Assembly (NCBI GenBank): GCA_964016885.1
Contig: OZ024756.1
Span: forward strand, 32,116,001 to 32,180,000
Source: Eledone cirrhosa
Taxonomy: Eukaryota
Reading direction: 5' to 3'
DNA: 64,000 nt
Below, piece by piece: positions 55,399-64,000 of the stretch. The notes beneath the pieces are model-generated. The model had not been told where the DNA came from. It made no database searches and worked only from the letters and a program-made list of their open reading frames with translations. The first letter of the stretch is position 1. Each line of letters opens with the position of its first letter. Position numbers and translations under genes: made by a program.

Positions 55399-55867
55399 TA
55401 CTTTGGGAGGGTCATGTTGCCAATAAGAAACACACGCACCAGTTGCTTTCACTTCAATTTATTATAAATTTATGAATTTATGAATTTATAAATTTCCGGT
55501 TGGTTGGTTGGTTCCACAACCAGATGGTTGTTTATATATTGTCAAAGTTCTTTCGTCACACATTCTGTGACCTCTTCAGTGACTGGGGATTCTTTTCTTT
55601 ATTTTTTGTGCCTCTCCTTTGTTCTGTCCTACGCCATCTTGTTTTTGGTGTTTATGGTGGGGTGATATGTGTGGTAGTGGATTGTTAACGGGGTTCATGT
55701 TATAAGGACTTAATGATCAAAGTGTATGTAAAAGCACATAGAAACATATATACACGCAGCCAGACACACATATTATATACATACGCATGTGTATATATAT
55801 AGACAGTGGGGAGGGCGATTGCACAAACGTACGTACACACAGATATACGTAAAGTGGTGTTTAGGGT

Positions 55868-55913
<46 letters not shown>

Positions 55914-56242
55914 ACCCTAAACACCACTTTACGTATATCTGTGTGTACATACGTTTGTGCATTTGCCCTCCCCACTGTCTATATATATACACATGCGTAT
56001 GTATATAATATACATACGCTTATATATATATATATATATAGTAATATTAATAAATGTGAAGACTAAAATCGAAAGAAGGCTCGAGAAGATAAATATATAT
56101 CAAATATATAAGAACCATACAGCAAATATTTATTAAAATAATAGATTAAAGTTTAAGCAATGAATCACTGCTTTCACCCTTCATCGGAAGATCCCGTTAA
56201 GGGTGAAAGCATTGATTCTTTGCTTAAACTTTAATCTGTTAT

Positions 56243-56305
<63 letters not shown>

Positions 56306-56855
56306 GTGTGGGTGTGTGTGTGTGTATATGTGTATGTGTGTGTGTTTGTGTGTGTTGTGTGTGTATGTGTACGTGAGTCTAACAAAAGACCCCGACATAT
56401 ATTTTCTCATGGTCTACCTCTTAGTAGTAAACCAGAAATAGCTCAGCTATCCGTGTTAATATTGGATAATCTAGTTGCACGTGACATACACGCATTCTTG
56501 TGTGTAATAGACTATTTGCAAGAAACCATCCGATGAAAGTACAGGATAAGACTCCATCGCATGCAACTTAATAATCCGAGCTTCTCAGATAACTCAATAA
56601 ACAGTTTTGTTTTATTAAATTACAACTCAGCGATGGTTCACTTTGCTTCATTATATTTCCTATTGTTATTTGCCTTTACTTCTAATGTACTCTGTGTTCT
56701 GTTGAGTAGATATAATCTGGGACGAAATCATCCTTTATGTGATATGCAAAAGTAATTAGTTTTGTTAAGCTTAACTTTTAATTGAAGAATCCAATCTAGA
56801 TTACATTATATTAATTTACTCTTATCTTATTATAATTATTATTATTATTATTATT

Positions 56856-56912
<57 letters not shown>

Positions 56913-57039
56913 GCTGCTGCTGCTGCTGCTGTTGTTATTATTGTTATTATTTTGCTATATTTTATATGTTTTATATTTTCATATAATTTTATATATATTC
57001 TTTGTTAATTGTTTTGTTATTGTGTATTTTTGAATTTTT

Positions 57040-57133
57040 ATTCGATGTTATTGTACCCCCCCCCCCTCCCGCCACACTGTCCTTGATTTTGTATTGTCCC
57101 CCTACATGTGGGGCCCTAGTGGCCAATAAAGAA
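57040..57133 (+). mobile_element. LINE 3' tail resembling the Tx1-like tails at 2264 and 37615
   Basis: ttgtattgtcccc...ggccctagtggccaataaagaa versus ttgtacttgtccc...gccctagtggcaaataaaagaaa. Confidence 0.55.
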
Positions 57134-58145
57134 GCCATTATGTCACCCTTTATAATAGATGTGCTACACCACTCGCTCCTTGAAGCGATGAAAATGTGGG
57201 TTTATTTAAAAATTCAGCACGGGTTCATATCACATCACAGGTGCAATATTAGAGTGTTTCAATCCTGCAATGGTTTATTACAGGTCGACATGCCATCTTA
57301 GCATATGTCCGTCGCAGACGTTATGCTTTTAAAGAGAATATACACCGTTGTATTGAATTGAATGACGCAAATAGCAAACTGAAGTATGTCGCTCAGAACT
57401 TTTATTATTTGCTATTTCCATGTAAAAAACACAGTATTCCATTTTCCAAATTTTTTGTATACAATCGACAGTCGATCGACTTTCGTTAAATCGGACCGAG
57501 GAAATAATGTTTTCGTTGGATTTTCCAATTGCTAATACCATCTATCAATCGCAACTCCAGGTAGAAGGAGCAACGTGACATAAAGCTCAGGGATTTAACG
57601 CATCGCCTGGTCCACGAATCGAACTGACAACCATACGATTGCGAATCCAGTTCTCTAACCAATCAGCCACACGCCTTCACTTTATAAAATGATGTACATA
57701 ATACTAGACACAAGCAAGCACACATACATAGACTAGAAAACATTTTCTCCTCGTAGCCGGCATTTCTACTAGTATTTCAGAAAGTCAATAATTCTATAAC
57801 CTTTCATTGACCAATAATATTTCCAATAGCTGACAGTGTTGCATCTTATTATAATTAACTGTACGTATGATATGAAATCTATGTAATCAGTAGCGTGTCT
57901 AATCAACAGTGATGTATTCAATTTCATAGATATCATTGCAATGAACTGCAAAGGCGTCTACGTCAAAGAAAATTATTTCTATTGTTACACAACACTAACG
58001 TCACTTATGTATATGTCTGTCTATTAAATTTAGATAAATTAATTCATCCATATAGCTGAACTGGACTAGACATTCTACGTTGCTTAACATTCACCGACAG
58101 TAAATGATCCATAAACGCTGATATATATCATATATCATATACAAT

Positions 58146-58257
<112 letters not shown>

Positions 58258-58769
58258 TATACACATTATATATATATATATATATATATATGCATATAAT
58301 TACTTGCGGGAGAGTGTATATTTGTCTATTATATATACATATATCATGTCAAATACATCCACACACACATACAAAACACACATATATTTAAATATTTCAT
58401 TATAATATTTACAGTAAAGATCAGAAGAGTTTTAACCCAAAACAATTGGTGCGAGAATCATTTCTTAAACATGAATTCATCAAACTTATGTATTATGTTG
58501 CCTGGTTGTTTCGTACAATCTTCAAAACATTTCATAACCGTGTATCGTCAATAAATTTACAGACTTTAACAACGGCGTTCGGAACTCTATTGTCTTCAAT
58601 AGAAATCCGAATTTAAATCCTAACCTGGAATTATCCTAACGTAATCCTGTTATATCTCTGTTTGCGATCACATCCGAATCCAACTGTTGTGATTAATGAT
58701 CAGGTTATGTACAGGTAAGGGAAAAGATAATATAATACCTACCCATCAATTAGGGTAATGTGATGATTC

Positions 58770-59690
58770 TGAAGGAAGATGGACCGACAAAGTTTGTTCT
58801 GTGGGATCGACTGAATAGAGTTAGAAAGACCTCGTTGACGCCATGTCACGTAATGTCAACACCTGAAGCATGGAAATTATCTAAACATATCAAATATATT
58901 GACCTTCAGATTATAAAAAGATGTGACGGAGAAGTGTAATGGAAGTCATGACATATATATGGACAGCTTGGTGCAGGGAAGTGGTTTGGAATATGTCCAG
59001 GACCTGACGATAGCAGTGGTGGACAGAGAATTGTAGCGGATGTCGTCTCACGTTCATTAACAAACTGAAGCTGGATACTGACTTGGAATCTATCGTGGAA
59101 ATAAAGATGGTAATAAAAATAATGTAGAGTAAAGTATGGTGGATGATATTTTCCATGTGTTGATAACCTGAAGTGGGATAGTGGAGTGGAATCTATCTAG
59201 TAAATGAAAATAACAACGGTAGGTAGAAAATTGTGGAGGACGATATGCCAGATTTATTGACGACATTAAACAGAAAATCAGACTGAAATCTATCTATGAA
59301 CTGAAGATTGCATGACAGAAAAGTTTGGTGAAGCATATACTATATGTGTTCACAACTTGAAGCGGGATACGGGCCTGGAACCTATTCAGTTTATGGAATG
59401 GCAATGGTGGACGAAATGTCATATTCATTGATAATATAAAACAGAATACTCGCATCGAATCTATGCAGTATATGAAAGTGGCGAGAAAGAACGGACACTG
59501 TGGTTGACGATATTTCATATTCCTTGACAACATTAAACAGAATATTGGCCTGGAATCTATCCAGTATATGAAAGTGGCAACGGGGGACAGAAAAGTGTAG
59601 TTGAAAGTGTGTCATACTCATTGAAACCATTAAACAGAATACAGGCCTAGAACCTATACAGGAATTGACGATTGCAATGGTGGACAATGC
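58770..59690 (+). repeat. Diverged ~80-100-bp tandem array apparently derived from an RTE ORF C-terminal segment
   Basis: Recurrent ggaatctat/gaacctat...gtggca..ggtggac...cattgac/a.cattaaacagaata. Units translate like LTFINKLKLDTDLESIVEIKMV, IYMDSLVQGSGLEYVQDLTIAVVDRE and IFLDNIKQNIGLESIQYMKVA. Confidence 0.55.
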
Positions 59691-59867
59691 AGTCTATAAG
59701 AGGTACTCTGATATCTTCACTTTCTATTGAATGAGTAGACCCATTGCAGTTTCCATTAATTTGGTTTTCTTAATAAAATAATCACCCTTTACTTTGTATT
59801 CAAGAATTTTCAATTAAACCTAGTGCTTTCTATTAATTTTATTACCACGGATGCAATTTAATTAATT

Positions 59868-60055
<188 letters not shown>

Positions 60056-60235
60056 GAAAAAGTATGACCCCGACGGCAGAGCTCAACCTGTTTTTAGTCC
60101 AGAAATAGCCGTCGAAACGGCTTGAGCTCTGCCGTCGTGGTCATACATTTTCCTATTTCCCACTCTTCTACACTAAGTATTGAGTACTCTGGTGCGTTAT
60201 GGTCCATCTGTTTCCTTATCACAATTCCTTTGATA
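60056..60235. mobile_element. Family C fold-back fragment
   Basis: gtatgaccccgacggcagagctcaa ... ttgagctctgccgtcgtggtcatac inverted arms; homologous to 18152-18345; TA-flanked. Confidence 0.7.
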
Positions 60236-60237
60236 TA

Positions 60238-60298
<61 letters not shown>

Positions 60299-60313
60299 GA
60301 AAGCAGAAAATTG

Positions 60314-60391
<78 letters not shown>

Positions 60392-61481
60392 ATTACATAT
60401 TATGTATTCTATCCTTCAATTATGTGTATTGAAAGACCTGACAATTTTCGTGTGAACCCTCTTGGATAAACAGCGGTCCATTAGCTCCAGCTTTAAAGAA
60501 TAGATAGTCAAACTCTAAACCTCCATGAAAGGAAGTAATCCTGCTCATTCAGTTGTACGTAGATTGAATTAATGACATATGTGTTTAACGAGAAATGAAT
60601 TAATTAAGAAATGATTGAATTGAATTAATTAACAGTTTTATTTAGATTTATATAAGTGAGTTTCATCTATGGAATTCCGGATAATAAACAGAATCCGTAT
60701 GAAAACCTATTCATAGATATGAGATATTGTCATAACCTATTGTTGTGTCATATCAAGACAATTACGATAAGAACGCTGCATACTTACCCCCCCCCCACCA
60801 CCCCACACATACGTATATATATTCATATATATATATGTATCTATCTCTCTCTCTCTCTATATATATATATTTACATCCCCCCCACATATATATATATATA
60901 TATATATAAATATATATACATACATATATATATATGTATATATATATATGTGAGTGTGTGTGTGTGTGTGTGTGTGTCTGTGAATGTATACAGACATAAG
61001 CACATATATACAGACATAAGCACATGCGTATATACAGATATATATATACACATGCACACAAACACACATAAACATATACATATATATGTGTATGTATCAA
61101 TATATTATTATCATAAATATATTACTTATTACTATAAATATATTTATCTACTTGAAGTAGAGGGGGGGGGGTAAGATTATTTCGAAAATTTCAGAAATTT
61201 ATTCAGAGCGCATCATTCCGCATTTTATTTTTCGAAGATTTCCAGCATTATATTTTCAAATTTGCATAAAATTTACATTTCAGTTATGCATAATTATCTC
61301 GTAAAAAGCCATTTTATAGAAATCCAAAATTTAACTTCATTTATCGTTTCCAAGGATCTTTCTAATTATTTCTAAAGCAGAAATATCCCTTTAACTTTAG
61401 CTGGTAAGTTTATATAGACTTAAGAATATGGTTCCATTTTTACTTTTCAAAATATTCATTGTGTATTAGTTTACAAATTAA

Positions 61482-61551
<70 letters not shown>

Positions 61552-62153
61552 AAAATTAAGATAAATTAAATGAATTTAATCTAAAACGAAATTGTGGGTG
61601 TTATGTCATAATCATGCGCATTACATCCTGGAAATTAGCCAAAATCTTCAACTAGCCGTCACCACGTGTTGCGTCTACACAAGATAGCGGTTTCGTTTCA
61701 TTTGGCTGCTATTTCTAGTTGTCAAATACCTATTCACGCCACTGAAACGAAACCGCTATCTTGTGTAGACGCAACACGTGGTGACGGCTAGTTAAGGTTT
61801 TTGGCTCGTCCTGTAAGGACGGATAGATGGAAATTTGTTATAATTTCCTTGTTGACGATCCAATAATGTCCACTTTCCGTGACTTACCATCTGATTAATT
61901 GGTGAAATATATTTCTTTAATGGGATATATACAAGGAAGGTTAATCATACTTTAAGGTAAATATTACCTATACTAGCTATGCGTGGTTACACGCGGGCTT
62001 AAATTATCTCCTGTGATTATTCATGTATATTTATATGTTAATCAATTTCTAGTTATTATATATATATATATAAATATATGGTTCCATTTTAATATATGTA
62101 TATATATATATATATAAATATATGTATATATATATATGTATACATGTATATAT

Positions 62154-62295
<142 letters not shown>

Positions 62296-62330
62296 GTGAG
62301 AAAAACCACAGACCCTCCACCTCAACTCTA

Positions 62331-62366
62331 CTTTTGAAAAGCAGAAGAACTGCGAAACCGGTAAAG
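62331..62366 (+). ncRNA. Minimal hammerhead motif with U3-A8 covariant core (family D island 62296-62503)
   Basis: ctt TTGAAAA gcag-aagaa-ctgc GAAA ccgg TA aag. Confidence 0.65.
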
Positions 62367-62590
62367 GAACCAAATAAATATATATATTTTAAAAAGAATA
62401 AGACTCCAGTTGCATTTTCGATTTCATTTGTTTTTCTTTATACTTTCACTCGTGTAAGACACCTCGGTTATTTTTCATTTTGTAAAAACACCCTCACTTT
62501 CTAATATATATATATATATATATATACGAGTATATATGCATACATGTATCTATGGATGTGTATATGCATGTATGTATCTCTGTGTGTGTG

Positions 62591-62634
<44 letters not shown>

Positions 62635-64000
62635 AATACGTATACGTGAATAATTAGGCATAATTAGGCTGTCGGACTTACTATGATAATACCGTAGGTT
62701 TCTGGACTGGGTTGTATCGTGTTCTTGAGGGAATCTTGCAGGGCTTTTTGAGGTTCAATTCACTGGCATTCTGTTCAATGGGAAGTCTGCTCTTCTCAGT
62801 GTCTTAGCACCACGGATATGGGAGGTGCGATGGTACTACACGCTCACATGTGCTCAAGCAGATACACGTATAGTTGTATATTTAGCAGGATAGTTTGGCC
62901 ACTCCATAATTTAGCATACTGTTAAAATAACTAGCCCCGGATTAAGCAATACCTTGTGGGTAAAATCCGTCATCCCCGTCTACTAAATTCCGAAATTCCA
63001 CTCACAATGCAAGCATCTTTGGATGGAATTCAAGAGGAAACCAATTACTTGTGAAGCAAACTCACCTTCATCACACAGCCATGTCCACACCTTTATGCCT
63101 GTCGTATCGCTTAACAAATGACTTTACTTCAAACATATTTAAGCAATAATTTTCTGTAGATACAGCTAATCTCACCCCTGTTCAGTACGAGCAATACAGT
63201 ATTACAAAACAAACGCCATTTATATTCGTCAACGGGATTTCATATGAAATTCACTCTCTATATAGAATGGAATTTCCATCTTTTATTTAAATACGTTCCT
63301 CCTTTCAGTATCAAAACAAAAATTCAGTGGAGACCAACAAAGTTATGTCCCATGCCAAGGAAGAGCAGACGTACACATAATAAATGACTTGGACGACTTA
63401 AATATAGTGGAGGCCATCCCTCTTCATGTGAGAACAAAGTCAGTTTTTTTCCAGAGTAGGAGAGAGTGAAAAAGCAGGAAAAAAATGAAGAAAGATATTG
63501 GAAGAATAGAGCTCTCTATTGGACTTCTCATTTATTTAACATCGGTAGTATTTGAACCCAGAGTCGGTCAAAGTAGCTTCTGCATCTGATTTGACTATCA
63601 ATTCGCCACTTTGTATGAAATTCATACTTTCTATCGATCGTGTTTTTTTCTCTCCTTTATTTAAATACGTTCCTTATCTCAGAAAAAAACATGCTGTTAA
63701 CTTAGTGAAACCAACAAAGTTATACATTATAATTATCTGCTTCCTACAAATGATGGATGCTGTCATTTTTTCTAAAGTTTTGCATTTGGTCCCTCCGCTT
63801 TCACTGATAACCCTACCTTATCGTTCAATATGGATTCGTAGATCGGTTAATAACAGAGAAAGAAAAACGACAACAGCATCAATATCAACGACAAATAATC
63901 TAAGAAAAATCGTGAAAAAAACAATAAAAAAATAAAAATAAAAGAAAATGGAAAAAAACCAAACAAATATGTATCAATATCCCGCAAAAATAGTTCTATT

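Noticed and set aside
63060-63160. Minus-strand segment bounded by ctacag and gtgagt as an exon
   Set aside because: Stop codons in all three frames.

Overview
AT-rich eukaryotic intergenic or intronic DNA, saturated with (TA)n, (CA)n, (CT)n and trinucleotide microsatellites. The SINE repertoire and repeat load resemble an octopus/cephalopod genome (inference). Nearly all ORF-track entries are microsatellite read-throughs, and I found no confident host gene. Recognisable content: tRNA-derived SINEs (many with a Nin/Deu-type core), decayed RTE, CR1 and Tx1-like LINE fragments, a few TA-flanked MITEs and several minisatellites. The main signal is that the short unique islands between (TA)n tracts belong to about 8 families that are often fold-back (inverted) duplications. 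They carry type I hammerhead-ribozyme folds (stem I, CUGANGA, stem II, GAAA, short self-complementary stem III, UH), the architecture known from Penelope-like element pseudo-LTRs. Several show non-canonical variants: a U3-A8 covariant core seen twice with covarying stems, U4C and U4A cores, and stem II inserts of about 80-115 nt. A separate class of palindromes is centred exactly on (TA)n tracts. All folds were read by eye; nothing was computed or searched.
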